Part shown: positions 18,265 through 27,918 of the stretch, piece after piece
Layout: every line of letters begins with the position of its first letter
Position numbering within the stretch: position 1 is the first letter of the stretch
From: Nanobdellati archaeon
Lineage (GTDB): Archaea > Nanobdellota > Nanobdellia > UBA10117
Reading direction: 5' to 3'
Assembly (NCBI GenBank): GCA_016182015.1
Contig: JACOYC010000012.1
Location: forward strand, 29,623 to 93,622
Length of the DNA: 64,000 nt
Program-made: the position numbers and the translations under genes
The notes under the pieces: model-generated
The model's database searches: none
Told to the model about the DNA's origin: nothing
What the model saw: only the letters and a program-made list of their open reading frames with translations

Positions 18265-19053
18265 TTAACCAACCTTTGGCAACTTTGTGATGTCCTCTGA
18301 ATGCATCCACACCCAGCCAGCCCCGCCAGCTATAAGTCCAAATATCAGCGCAACCCAGAACGGCAGGAATACCAAAGTCAGTGCGGTTACAGCCGCGAAT
18401 GCCAGAAATCCGACATACAAAATCGGGTTGCCGCCGAGGATGAATGCGCCGTCAAACGGCTGCACAGCTTTTTCGGTGCTCTTTTTAAGCAACGCGGCTA
18501 AAAACGGCAGTATATTAAATGGCACCAAATGGAAGAAAACCATCCACAGATTAAAAATAAACAAGTCCTGCAAGAAGCGCACATCTCCAAAAACGCCAAG
18601 AAGTATTTTGGCGGCAATTGCGAGCAAGAGTGAAGCAAGCGGGCCAAAGAGTGCAATTTTGGCTTGAGTGTGCGGGCCAACGAATGGATATTTGAATCCA
18701 ATTCGTTTGAGTTTAACCGCCATCGAAGCACCGACTGCGGCGAATATTACTGCACCGGATGTAAGTACGCCGACTATGCCTGCAATCGCCAACATTAGCC
18801 ATGATACACTGAATTTTGTGGCGCTGCCGTAACGTGCGGCGCTTATTTTGTGCGCAAATTCATGCACAAGCAAAGAGATTAGTATGGCTGGAATGGCAAT
18901 CGCAATATTTTTCAGGCCTTCTGCGGCGCTGAATCTTGCTGCGCCCCACTGGCCGGCTGTAAGGGCGATGGACAGCACGAGCGAAGAAATAGCAATCGCA
19001 ACTGCTTCATCTTTATCAAAGGTTAATCCCACTCGCACCATTTTAACCAACAT
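18265..19053 (-). CDS. M50-family (site-2 protease-like) membrane metalloprotease
   Basis: HEFAH zinc motif within a TM helix; polytopic. Confidence 0.7.
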   Translation of the reverse strand: MLVKMVRVGLTFDKDEAVAIAISSLVLSIALTAGQWGAARFSAAEGLKNIAIAIPAILISLLVHEFAHKISAARYGSATKFSVSWLMLAIAGIVGVLTSGAVIFAAVGASMAVKLKRIGFKYPFVGPHTQAKIALFGPLASLLLAIAAKILLGVFGDVRFLQDLFIFNLWMVFFHLVPFNILPFLAALLKKSTEKAVQPFDGAFILGGNPILYVGFLAFAAVTALTLVFLPFWVALIFGLIAGGAGWVWMHSEDITKLPKVG

Positions 19054-19555
19054 TAGATAACTCAGTCGCGTAAACGTTTATGAACTGCTTTGCCTCGTTG
19101 AAATACTCCCAGCCAAGCCTCCAGACATCTGCCTTTAGCTGGTCAACTGTGTTTTTGTAGAGATATTTTTCATAGAAGCCCTGCATAAAACGCAGCGTAG
19201 GATTCTTTCCCCAGACTTCATTTTTGTCAGTCTTGAATTTTGCTGTTACCATCATGATTAAATTTGCCTTGTTGAGTTTGTACGGCCTGCCGTCTTTTTT
19301 AGCTTCGACTTCTGTCAGCCCATAAACGTACCAGACAGTTTCTATGATTATTTTTGTGTACTCATCATAGTCTTTTTCGTCAGCCCACCGGATTTCTATA
19401 TCTTTTGCTTCGCCTTTCACTTTTTCCTTGTATTTTTTTTCCTCATGGCTGAATCCCCGCCAGGTCAGCCAGTCGTACAGGTGCTTGTAGAGTCGTTCTA
19501 AGTCGAACACTCCGACGAAGTCTATTTTTTCTTTATCCAGCTGAACTGATTCCAT
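19043..19555 (-). CDS. Hypothetical protein, paralog B of tandem pair
   Basis: 170 aa; about 35-40 percent identity to 19556-20062, abutting with no spacer. Confidence 0.5.
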   Translation of the reverse strand: MESVQLDKEKIDFVGVFDLERLYKHLYDWLTWRGFSHEEKKYKEKVKGEAKDIEIRWADEKDYDEYTKIIIETVWYVYGLTEVEAKKDGRPYKLNKANLIMMVTAKFKTDKNEVWGKNPTLRFMQGFYEKYLYKNTVDQLKADVWRLGWEYFNEAKQFINVYATELSNVG

Positions 19556-20062
19556 TTATTTATACGCGTAGAGGTGCAGCAGGGCCTTTATTTCATTTAT
19601 TAAATCCCAGCCCTCAGACCACACACGGTTTTCAAATTTTTCCCGCAGTCCTTTGTATATATATGTATCGTAAAACCTGCGCAGGAATTTGAGCGGGAGG
19701 TTATACTCCCACACGTCATCCTTGTCGAGCACGAGGTTTCCATTGACAGAGATTTTCATGTTGCCTGCGTTCATTTTCACGCGCTCGCCGGTTTTTGTTG
19801 TTTTTTCAACGTCCACAAAGTCTTCAATTTTAACCTCAACTTCAAGCTGCAGCTGCGTGTACTCATCCACATCGCGGACCGCAGACCATTTTACCTCTAT
19901 TTCGCGGCCGAGCGCCTTTACTTTGTCTTTGTACTTTTTTTCTTTTACATCGTACTTGCGCCACTTCAGCCAGTCATAGATATGCCTGTAAAGCTCATCG
20001 AAATTGAATTCGCCGTTGTAGTCTACTCGCTCGGGGCCAAGGACTGGCAGGTTGTTGGACAT
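19556..20062 (-). CDS. Hypothetical protein, paralog A of tandem pair
   Basis: 168 aa; shares a (F/Y)DELY(R/K)H(I/L)YDWL(K/T)WR motif with the downstream paralog. Confidence 0.5.
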   Translation of the reverse strand: MSNNLPVLGPERVDYNGEFNFDELYRHIYDWLKWRKYDVKEKKYKDKVKALGREIEVKWSAVRDVDEYTQLQLEVEVKIEDFVDVEKTTKTGERVKMNAGNMKISVNGNLVLDKDDVWEYNLPLKFLRRFYDTYIYKGLREKFENRVWSEGWDLINEIKALLHLYAYK

Positions 20063-20165
20063 ACAAATAAACCTTCGAAGGCAAATAAAAAGGTTGCTGT
20101 TAAAGAATTACTACTGCAGATTAGCGTTTAGTAAGGTTTATAAAAGTTCTACCTGTTTATCGTAC

Positions 20166-20342
20166 ATGGTAAAAGTATTAGAAGCGGCATTAAAAGTTAC
20201 TGGTGTAGTTCTTGCAGCTTTGGGAATTGTTCTGTTAATTGAACCCCAAAATGTTGGTTCTATACCATCGGTTTCTACGGCAATATATGGAATTATAATT
20301 ATGGCTATGGGTGGTTTTTTATTTGTGATATCTGAAAAATGA
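20166..20342 (+). CDS. Small membrane protein (2 TM)
   Basis: MVKVLEAALKVTGVVLAALGIVLL...; start is uncertain (ORF track begins at 20052, overlapping the upstream gene). Confidence 0.35.
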   Translation: MVKVLEAALKVTGVVLAALGIVLLIEPQNVGSIPSVSTAIYGIIIMAMGGFLFVISEK

Positions 20343-20596
20343 AGTTTCAAGATTTGCTATTAGAAAATTTGCGTTTAGAACACCAACAAACACTCCAGGA
20401 ATATTGGGGGATACTGTTAAGTGTGATTACTGTGCCAATCGCACTTTTTAGTTTATTTTTTAATATTACACATAACTTACTCGAATCTCTACCGCCCGCA
20501 GCCATACTTTTTGTTGTTTTATTTATTAGTTGGAAAAACGTTAAAAGTAAATTAATTGCTATTCGATCTAACATATTAGAGATGGATATTAAGTAG
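20339..20596 (+). CDS. Small membrane protein (2 TM)
   Basis: 85 aa, two hydrophobic helices, 4-nt overlap with the preceding ORF. Confidence 0.35.
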   Translation: MKFQDLLLENLRLEHQQTLQEYWGILLSVITVPIALFSLFFNITHNLLESLPPAAILFVVLFISWKNVKSKLIAIRSNILEMDIK

Positions 20597-20730
20597 TCTT
20601 GGTTATTTAAAATAAGCGCAACTCTTAAAAAACTTTCTGAAGCATAATAAGCCGATTGATAGGTGATTAGCATGTTAATGCAGAAATGCTCTGCATTTTG
20701 CAAATCATTTTATTCATAAAGGGGTGAAAA

Positions 20731-22359
20731 ATGACAAACCAGAATGTACAGCCGATATTTATCCTGCCGGAAGGCACACTGAGAAGCCAGGGAAGAAACG
20801 CACAGAAAGCTAACATAAGCGCAGCTAAAGCGGTGGCCGATACAGTCCGGACTACGCTCGGGCCGAAGGGCATGGACAAGATGCTCGTGGATTCCATTGG
20901 CGATGTTGTAATCACAAACGACGGCGTCACGATTCTTAATGAGATGGAGATTGAGCACCCTGCCGCAAAGATGATGGTCGAAATCGCGAAGGTTCAGGAG
21001 GATGAGGTTGGCGATGGGACAACGACCGCGGTAGTGCTGGGCGGCGAGTTGCTGAAAAATGCGGAATCGCTTTTGGAAAAAAATATACACCCGACTGTTA
21101 TCGCGAACGGCTACAAGCAGGCCTCTGAAAAGGCACAGGCCATCCTTAACGAACTGTCAAAGCCAGTCTCCATAAAAGACACTGATGTTTTGAAAAAAAT
21201 CGCGATGACAGCGATGACAGGCAAAAATGTAGAGATTGCACGCGAAAAGCTGGCGCAGATCGCATTAGATGCAGTCCTGAAAGTCGCAGAAAACTCAGAT
21301 ATAGACCGAGACGATGTAAAACTTGAGAAAAAAGAGGGCGGCGGGATTGATGACTCGCAGCTGATCGACGGCGTTGTTATTGACAAAGAAAAAGTTCATG
21401 CAGACATGCCAAAGTCCGTGAAAAACGCGACGATTGCGCTGCTGGACTGCGCCCTCGAAATAAAAGAGACAGAGACGGAGGCAAAAATTCAGGTGGCTGA
21501 CCCCAAGCAACTTCAGGCGTTCCTTGACCAGGAGGAAAAAATGCTGAAGAACATGGTTGAAACGATTGTAAAATCCGGCGCAACTGTTGTTTTCTGCCAG
21601 AAGGGCATTGACGATATTGTACAGCACTACCTTGCGAAGAAAGAAATTTATGCCGCACGCCGAGTGAAAGAGTCAGACATGAAAGCGCTGGCAAAGGCGA
21701 CTGGCGCAAGAATAATTGCAAGCCTTAATGATTTGAAGGCAGGGGATTTGGGCAAGGCCGGCCTTGTTGAAGAGAGAAAATTACACAAAGAGTCAATGAC
21801 TTTTGTTGAGCGGTGCAAGAATCCTAAGTCGGTTACTATTTTGCTGCGCGGCGGCACAGAACATGTTGTTGCAGAAGTTGAGCGCGCGATGACAGATGCG
21901 ATTGGCGACTTGATTGCTGCAATTATTGTTGGAAAATTTGTTGTTGGCGGCGGCGCTGTTGAAATTGAGCTGGCAAAACGGATGCGAAGCTTTGCTGAAA
22001 CACTGTCGGGAAGGGAGCAGCTTGCGGTGCAGGCGTTTGCGGATTCTCTCGAAGTAATACCAAGAACGTTAGCAGAGAATGCGGGCCTTGACCCGATTGA
22101 TTCCTTAACCGAACTGAAAGCAAAGCACGATAAGGGCGAGGCAACAGCCGGTCTGAATGTTACGACGGGCAGGGCGGAAGACATGTTGGCGAAGGGCGTG
22201 ATTGAGCCGCTAAAAATAAAAACGCAGGCAATTCAGTCGGCATCAGAAGCTGCGATAATGCTGCTGAGAATTGACGATGTAATATCGGCAAGCAAATTGA
22301 GCCGGGGCGGGCCGCCCGGAATGCACGAACCTGGACAGATGGGCGGGGAAGATTTTTAG
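20731..22359 (+). CDS. ths: Thermosome subunit (group II chaperonin)
   Basis: [28 protein letters not shown] motifs; 542 aa; C-terminal GGM-like tail. Confidence 0.95.
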   Translation: MTNQNVQPIFILPEGTLRSQGRNAQKANISAAKAVADTVRTTLGPKGMDKMLVDSIGDVVITNDGVTILNEMEIEHPAAKMMVEIAKVQEDEVGDGTTTAVVLGGELLKNAESLLEKNIHPTVIANGYKQASEKAQAILNELSKPVSIKDTDVLKKIAMTAMTGKNVEIAREKLAQIALDAVLKVAENSDIDRDDVKLEKKEGGGIDDSQLIDGVVIDKEKVHADMPKSVKNATIALLDCALEIKETETEAKIQVADPKQLQAFLDQEEKMLKNMVETIVKSGATVVFCQKGIDDIVQHYLAKKEIYAARRVKESDMKALAKATGARIIASLNDLKAGDLGKAGLVEERKLHKESMTFVERCKNPKSVTILLRGGTEHVVAEVERAMTDAIGDLIAAIIVGKFVVGGGAVEIELAKRMRSFAETLSGREQLAVQAFADSLEVIPRTLAENAGLDPIDSLTELKAKHDKGEATAGLNVTTGRAEDMLAKGVIEPLKIKTQAIQSASEAAIMLLRIDDVISASKLSRGGPPGMHEPGQMGGEDF

Positions 22360-22428
22360 ATTTTTTTGATTACAATTGTTGCATTGGCAAAGCCAATGCG
22401 ACTCGGGGATTGGAAGTGACTAAGAACG

Positions 22429-22445
22429 AAGGGGCAGAGCCCCTT
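22429..22445. terminator. Stem-loop AAGGGGC-AGA-GCCCCTT between convergent thermosome and ATPase genes
   Basis: Perfect 7-bp inverted repeat with 3-nt loop in the convergent intergenic region. Confidence 0.4.
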
Positions 22446-22492
22446 GGGTCTTAGGGACAGATGGGCGGGGAAGATTACTAAAAATCTGCTAA

Positions 22493-24247
22493 TTATGCCA
22501 TTAGATTTGCCAGCTTTGCAGGATTGACTGCATAGAGATTCAGAAACTGCGTGACTTCCTTGAAACCCTTTATTCCTTTTTTCTGCATGCGCGCAAGCAG
22601 GCTTGCTCTCCTCTTGAGCTCCTGCTGAATATCGTTTTCTGTCCATCCGTGCCTCGAGGCTATTCTTTGCATCAAATGAGAATCAGATGTTGTAAAAACG
22701 TCCTGGCTTGGAATCCAGTGGGCAACCTCATTTGTCTTTAGCTGATTCCTCTCGCGGTCAAAGCCCTCGACCTCAACAATCTGGCTGACCTTTCTCACCA
22801 AACGCCCTTCAATTTTTGTCTTCTGCAAAAATACGATTACGTCAAGGTTTTCAAGCAGCGACATCGGCAGGCTTATCGGCCTCGTGGTAAATCTGTCTAT
22901 CACGCTGTTAATGTCATCTGCGTGCAAGGTTGACAGCGATGCGTGGCCCGTGGCCATCGCCTGAAACATTACAAATGCTTCTGCACCACGAACTTCGCCG
23001 ACGATAATATAATCCGGCCTCTGCCTAAGCGCGGCTTTCAGCAGGTCGAACATTGTTACCTCGCCGTATTTCTTCGGGCCGAAGCCGGTGCGCGCAACCT
23101 GCGGCATCCAGTTTGTGTGCATCAGTGTAAGCTCGGCGGTATCTTCTATCGAAACAACCTTTGCGGACGGGTTGATAAATTCCGCGATTGCATTCAAAAA
23201 AGTTGTTTTTCCGACGGCGGTCGTGCCTGCCACAAGAACAGATTCTCCTTCTTCGATGGCCAGCCACAGATAAGCGAGAATCATTGGATCAGCGGTTTGA
23301 AAATCCATTAAATCTATTACTGTCAGCGGTGTTTTGAAGAATTTTCGGATGCTGAAGTTAGAGCCTTTTCGCGCAATATCAGTGCCGTAAGTAATCTGCA
23401 GTCGCGAGCCGTCCGGCAGCGCAGCATCAAGCAGCGGCGCGGCTACAGAAACAGTCCTGCCGGATTTCTGGGCCAGCTTCATGGCAAATGCGTCCAGTTC
23501 ATCCTTTGATTCAAACCAGACGTTTGTCGGCATCTGCCCGTAAATCGGATTTCTGTGGAAAATAAAAATCGGCACGCCAGTCCCATCACAGGAGATATCT
23601 TCTATTTTCTGGTCGCGCATTATCGGCTCTATCCTGCCAAGGCCGATTGTATCGCGGTAAATGTAATATTTAACATTCAGTGCATCGTCGTCTTTTGGTT
23701 TTGCGCTGAGAAATTCCCATGCCTCGTTTATTTTTTCGTCAATGTAGCCGTAAATTTCCTCTTTCTCATGCAGCCTGCCGAAGTCAACTTCCAGCCTGTC
23801 GTGCAGTATTTCTATAGTTTTAGCAACCAAATCCTTGAGGTCCGGCGTAAGCTCCGGCTCGACAATGTGATAGATAAGCTGGTTGGCAATTTGGTTAAAA
23901 TGAATATCTGCATGAGCCAGCACGCGTTCCTTGCCGTGCCATTTTGTCTTGATTAGCGGATATGTTTCGTGAACTGTTTTGATTTTCCCGAGAAAGTCCT
24001 GTTTTTTTCCAAGCACTTCGTCAAATGTTTTTGGCAGCACAACTCGTTTGCCGCCGCCTTCAAGTTCCAGATGCGCCTCAGCTAATGTTTGTTTTGGCCT
24101 GCTATCTTCCGCAATCGGCATAGCAACTTCCTGCGCAGGAATTTCTGTAATAGATTGAGCTGGCTCTGTTGCCCGGCTTGCTGTTTCTGCCTGCTGCCGC
24201 TTGCTTCGCAGGCCTGCAAGCAATCCAAATAAAGCAAGGGTGGCCAT
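22493..24247 (-). CDS. Type IV pilus/archaellum-type secretion ATPase (FlaI/PilB/VirB11 family)
   Basis: Walker A AGTTAVGKTTFLNAIA, Asp box, His box; 584 aa. Confidence 0.85.
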   Translation of the reverse strand: MATLALFGLLAGLRSKRQQAETASRATEPAQSITEIPAQEVAMPIAEDSRPKQTLAEAHLELEGGGKRVVLPKTFDEVLGKKQDFLGKIKTVHETYPLIKTKWHGKERVLAHADIHFNQIANQLIYHIVEPELTPDLKDLVAKTIEILHDRLEVDFGRLHEKEEIYGYIDEKINEAWEFLSAKPKDDDALNVKYYIYRDTIGLGRIEPIMRDQKIEDISCDGTGVPIFIFHRNPIYGQMPTNVWFESKDELDAFAMKLAQKSGRTVSVAAPLLDAALPDGSRLQITYGTDIARKGSNFSIRKFFKTPLTVIDLMDFQTADPMILAYLWLAIEEGESVLVAGTTAVGKTTFLNAIAEFINPSAKVVSIEDTAELTLMHTNWMPQVARTGFGPKKYGEVTMFDLLKAALRQRPDYIIVGEVRGAEAFVMFQAMATGHASLSTLHADDINSVIDRFTTRPISLPMSLLENLDVIVFLQKTKIEGRLVRKVSQIVEVEGFDRERNQLKTNEVAHWIPSQDVFTTSDSHLMQRIASRHGWTENDIQQELKRRASLLARMQKKGIKGFKEVTQFLNLYAVNPAKLANLMA

Positions 24248-24277
24248 TAAATTAAAACACTTAGCATATTTATAAAG

Positions 24278-24727
24278 TTAGCTCAGCCTTAACCTTCCAG
24301 GCCCGATAAAGCTTATCTTAACCTTGCCAGCCGAGGAGCCAGAAGCGCCGTCAATTGTCGCGTTTTCCCAGATTAATGTTATGTTTGTGTTTTTTACTAT
24401 TTGCGGTTTGCCCAGCGTCCTGAACTCCAGGATTGTGTTCCTGCCGGCCAGCAGGTATCTCTGGTCGCCAACCGTCTCCGGAATCTCAAAAATCCTTGTA
24501 AAGTTCCTGACATCGTCAGTATATCTTGTCGTGGAGTTAACTGTAACCTTCATCTCAGCGATTGTTGCCAGCGCCTTGTTCAGGACTGCTTCGCCAAATT
24601 CACCTGCCGCGTTTTGAGTTGCAGATTTTTTGTATAGCTCAGATGCCGCGAAAACTCCGACTAGCATAAGGAATGATATGCCTAAAATAAGAAGCGCGTA
24701 TGTCGTGTTAAGCTGTGCCTTTTTCAT
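24278..24727 (-). CDS. Pilin-like protein with class III signal peptide
   Basis: MKKAQLNTTYALLILGISFLMLVGVFAA: charged leader plus hydrophobic helix. Confidence 0.6.
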   Translation of the reverse strand: MKKAQLNTTYALLILGISFLMLVGVFAASELYKKSATQNAAGEFGEAVLNKALATIAEMKVTVNSTTRYTDDVRNFTRIFEIPETVGDQRYLLAGRNTILEFRTLGKPQIVKNTNITLIWENATIDGASGSSAGKVKISFIGPGRLRLS

Positions 24728-24728
24728 T

Positions 24729-25313
24729 TTAAATCATGTTAACATCAACTATTTCTGTTGTGTTTCTTATGCAGCCAGGAATGCCCTCATTCGACTCAAA
24801 TGCCCAAGTTATGAAAATTAAATGGCTGCCGGCCCCGACAGCAGACTGCTGGCCAGGCCTTAGTCTTATGCGATAACAGTTCGAGCTTGTGTCGTTTAGT
24901 GTTATGTAATGCAAAGTCATTTCTATCGCGCCAAGTTCTGTCATGTAGGCCGGCTCGTCGATGCCAAGCCGCCCAAGCTCTGTCTTGTTTCCGATAAAAG
25001 TCCGGGAGTATGGCTGCGGCAACCTGATGTTAGCAACATATACTATGGAATTATTGTTTGTTCCATTGGTGTCAAGGAAAACCCTGCCTTTCTTAATCTG
25101 AAACGGAACAGACGCGCGAGCCTGCTCGCTCGCAGATTTTTTTATCGCCGCGTGAAGCTGAAGGAATTGGTTCTCCATCGCGGAAACATCGTCGCTGTTC
25201 TGCGCCTTTTGTATGTTTGGGACTGCCCACAAAAAAACACCAGTCATTACTGTAACAGCTATTGCAGTCAGTATCAAAAAACCAATCAGGCTGGAAACGC
25301 CGCGCTTGTCCAT
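24729..25313 (-). CDS. Pilin-like protein with class III signal peptide
   Basis: MDKRGVSSLIGFLILTAIAVTVMTGVF: KRG followed by hydrophobic helix. Confidence 0.6.
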   Translation of the reverse strand: MDKRGVSSLIGFLILTAIAVTVMTGVFLWAVPNIQKAQNSDDVSAMENQFLQLHAAIKKSASEQARASVPFQIKKGRVFLDTNGTNNNSIVYVANIRLPQPYSRTFIGNKTELGRLGIDEPAYMTELGAIEMTLHYITLNDTSSNCYRIRLRPGQQSAVGAGSHLIFITWAFESNEGIPGCIRNTTEIVDVNMI

Positions 25314-25433
25314 GCACAGAAATCTTGCCAGTGGTTAAATAATTGTATTATAAACTAAAGAGTGAAAACCAAAACCTAAATACGCCTAAAGCTTTATATT
25401 GGTTGTTATAATTATGAATGTGAGGTAAATAAA

Positions 25434-25772
25434 ATGGCCATTGCAGAATACCGAATACAAGTGCCAGCGACACACGGCCTGAAAAGGCAGTTGCGCCAGA
25501 ATCTGAAGTCCGGCACAGACACCCAGCTCTCTTCCCTAAAGGGCAGCGTGGACGAACTCCTTGGCATTATCAAGCAGGCCTCTGAATCCGAAGATGCAAA
25601 GCAGGTTTCTGAGATTGCAAAAAAACTTGACAAAATTTCCGAACAAAATGCTGCAATAATAGCGGTACTTACAGACCTTGCAAGCCTGATAAAAAATCTT
25701 AAGCCGCCATTCGATCCATCGCAGCCAAGGCTTCGCAGCACAGCAGGAATTGCATACCAGAGGACCAGATGA
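25434..25772 (+). CDS. Hypothetical coiled-coil protein at head of pilus locus
   Basis: 112 aa, no recognised domain. Confidence 0.4.
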   Translation: MAIAEYRIQVPATHGLKRQLRQNLKSGTDTQLSSLKGSVDELLGIIKQASESEDAKQVSEIAKKLDKISEQNAAIIAVLTDLASLIKNLKPPFDPSQPRLRSTAGIAYQRTR

Positions 25773-26314
25773 TATTCAAAATTAAAAAAACAGGTAGAAA
25801 AGCCCTGACACCAATAATCGCAGTCATACTTTTGCTCATGATGACTGTCGCGGCGGCAGGCGCGGCATTCTTCTGGATTTCCAGAATACAAGGGCAGATG
25901 CAGGGCGGCGTGGAATCTTTCGAAGGCAGGATTTTCGAGGGCATTGCATCGCAGATAAATGTTATTGATGCGGACTACTCCACAAGCTCCGAGAACTTGA
26001 CTATTTTCTTTCACAACACCGGCAACAAAAAAATCCCGCTGAAAAACACGGATGTGAACCCTACAACAACCTGGATTCTGAGAAACCCCGACCAGGAAGT
26101 TGTATGCTCAACGGACTGGAGCGGCAAAAGCACTAGTGTAGCATGCAGCGGGTGCGGCTCAACAGTCGAAGTTGACATAGGCCAGCTGAAGAGCATCTCT
26201 CTGAACACTGCAAACACTGCCTGTGATATAACAAAATATGGCGGCGGGAAGGCATTTACGTTTACAATAGATTTTTCAGGGCAGACAACAACATCAGGCA
26301 GCTTTATTTCTTAA
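25769..26314 (+). CDS. Archaeal type IV pilin-like protein (DUF1628-type N-terminus), paralog 1
   Basis: RKALTPIIAVILLLMMTVAAAGAAFFWISRIQGQ; Cys-containing C-terminal module with DWSG. Confidence 0.65.
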   Translation: MIFKIKKTGRKALTPIIAVILLLMMTVAAAGAAFFWISRIQGQMQGGVESFEGRIFEGIASQINVIDADYSTSSENLTIFFHNTGNKKIPLKNTDVNPTTTWILRNPDQEVVCSTDWSGKSTSVACSGCGSTVEVDIGQLKSISLNTANTACDITKYGGGKAFTFTIDFSGQTTTSGSFIS

Positions 26315-26354
26315 TAGGAAAGCTTATATTAGAATAAATTAAAGACAATATAAA

Positions 26355-26987
26355 ATGGCCACTACGAAACGTGCAATAGCGCGCAGCCTGCTGGCTCCGC
26401 GAATTGCTTTTTCAAATAGAAAAGCAATAATGCAGAACAGAGTTCCGCAAATTGCATTTCGTCCGCGAAACGCGATTACACCAATAATCGCAGTCATAAT
26501 GCTGTTGATGATGGCGGTAGCCACTGCGTCAGCAATGTATTACTGGTTAAACAGGATACAAACGCAGCAGCAGGGCGCGATAGAAAGCTTTCAATCAGGC
26601 GTGTTTGAAAACCTTGCGTCTAACGTAGATATAATCGGAACAAAATACATAGACGGCAACCAAACCCTGGAGCTGGTAGTAGAAAATACTGGCAATACAA
26701 AAATTACTATCTCGAACTCTGGCACAAAACCGACAACTGAGTGGACTGTGCTTGACTCTGACCAAAAGCCCGTGTGCGCGGTAGACTGGAGCGGGACTGG
26801 CAGCAACACGCGCTGTCTCTCCGGCTGCGGAACTTCGACTATTCTTAATACTGGCCAGATAAGGCGCATCCTGCTTAATTTGACCGCCAGTGACTGCGCA
26901 ATACAATACCTTGCGAATGGCTCTACATTCACATTCGAAATAAGCTGGAGCGGCAAAACAAAATCCGCAGGGAGCTTTGTAAAATAA
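26355..26987 (+). CDS. Archaeal type IV pilin-like protein, paralog 2 (probable true start 26430)
   Basis: MQNRVPQIAFRPRNAITPIIAVIMLLMMAVATASAMYYWLNRIQTQQQG; C-terminal VDWSG...CLSGCG. Confidence 0.65.
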   Translation: MATTKRAIARSLLAPRIAFSNRKAIMQNRVPQIAFRPRNAITPIIAVIMLLMMAVATASAMYYWLNRIQTQQQGAIESFQSGVFENLASNVDIIGTKYIDGNQTLELVVENTGNTKITISNSGTKPTTEWTVLDSDQKPVCAVDWSGTGSNTRCLSGCGTSTILNTGQIRRILLNLTASDCAIQYLANGSTFTFEISWSGKTKSAGSFVK

Positions 26988-26988
26988 A

Positions 26989-27918
26989 ATGCAATATAAG
27001 GCTGTAACGCAGGACAGAGTTCCGCGAATTTTTTGTTCCAGGAAAACAATTACTCCGATTATAGCAGTCATACTGACTATGATGATTGCAGTTGCAGCTG
27101 GCGGCGCAATGTTTTATTGGATAAGCAGGCTTCAGACGCAGGACCAAGGCGCAGTTACGCAGTCTCAGCAAAGGCTTTTTGAAACACTGTCGGCCTGCCT
27201 ATCACTATCATCTTTTGACATGAACTTAATTAGCAACAGATCAAACTTCGTACTGCAGAACTGCGGCAGCACAAAAATAAATTTTGGAGATGCAAATGCT
27301 GAGGACTTTGGCATAATCAGCTCGCAGGGAATAGATCCGTGCACTTTTAGTGTAAACACAACAAGCTGTATCGGCTGTCCGGTTTTTCTTAAACCCGGGG
27401 AGGCCGCAACACTGTCGCTGAATTGGACAAACGAAAAACGTTGTGTCGGCCAGATCGTGGCTGGCAAGCAATATCAAGTATTATTCAACGTCGACAGGAC
27501 GGTCAGTGCATCGCGCGATTTTGTGCCTGAATCAGCAGCAAGATGCGGCTTAAATTTTGAGAACGCCACAAGGCTGGCCGCACAGGCACACCACGCAGGC
27601 AACCCACCAAGCTACTGCTACAAGTTCCAGCTGACAAACACCGGCAACGCGGCCGACACATACAACTTTACAAATTCTACCGGTACAAACTGCGGCTCTG
27701 CTCGCATACTTACAATCGGCTGTGGGGCAACGGGAATTGCGAACCACACAATATCGCTGGCTGCAAGCGAAAACTACACAATTTATTTTAACCAGACTGT
27801 AATAACCGCGGATTTAACTTGCACAAGTACCATTACTGCAGCCTCGCTCAACTGCAGCGCAAGCATATCTAAGGACACCAGCACTTCATATATATCTCCA
27901 GGGGATGCCGCACAGTAA
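26989..27918 (+). CDS. Archaeal type IV pilin-like protein, paralog 3
   Basis: DRVPRIFCSRKTITPIIAVILTMMIAVAAGGAMFYWISRLQTQDQG; extended Cys-rich C-terminus. Confidence 0.65.
   Translation: MQYKAVTQDRVPRIFCSRKTITPIIAVILTMMIAVAAGGAMFYWISRLQTQDQGAVTQSQQRLFETLSACLSLSSFDMNLISNRSNFVLQNCGSTKINFGDANAEDFGIISSQGIDPCTFSVNTTSCIGCPVFLKPGEAATLSLNWTNEKRCVGQIVAGKQYQVLFNVDRTVSASRDFVPESAARCGLNFENATRLAAQAHHAGNPPSYCYKFQLTNTGNAADTYNFTNSTGTNCGSARILTIGCGATGIANHTISLAASENYTIYFNQTVITADLTCTSTITAASLNCSASISKDTSTSYISPGDAAQ

Noticed and set aside
22356-22646. Minus-strand 96-aa ORF overlapping the thermosome/ATPase intergenic region and the ATPase 3' end
   Set aside because: It overlaps the confident ATPase gene in another frame and spans the terminator/repeat element. 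It has no domain features.
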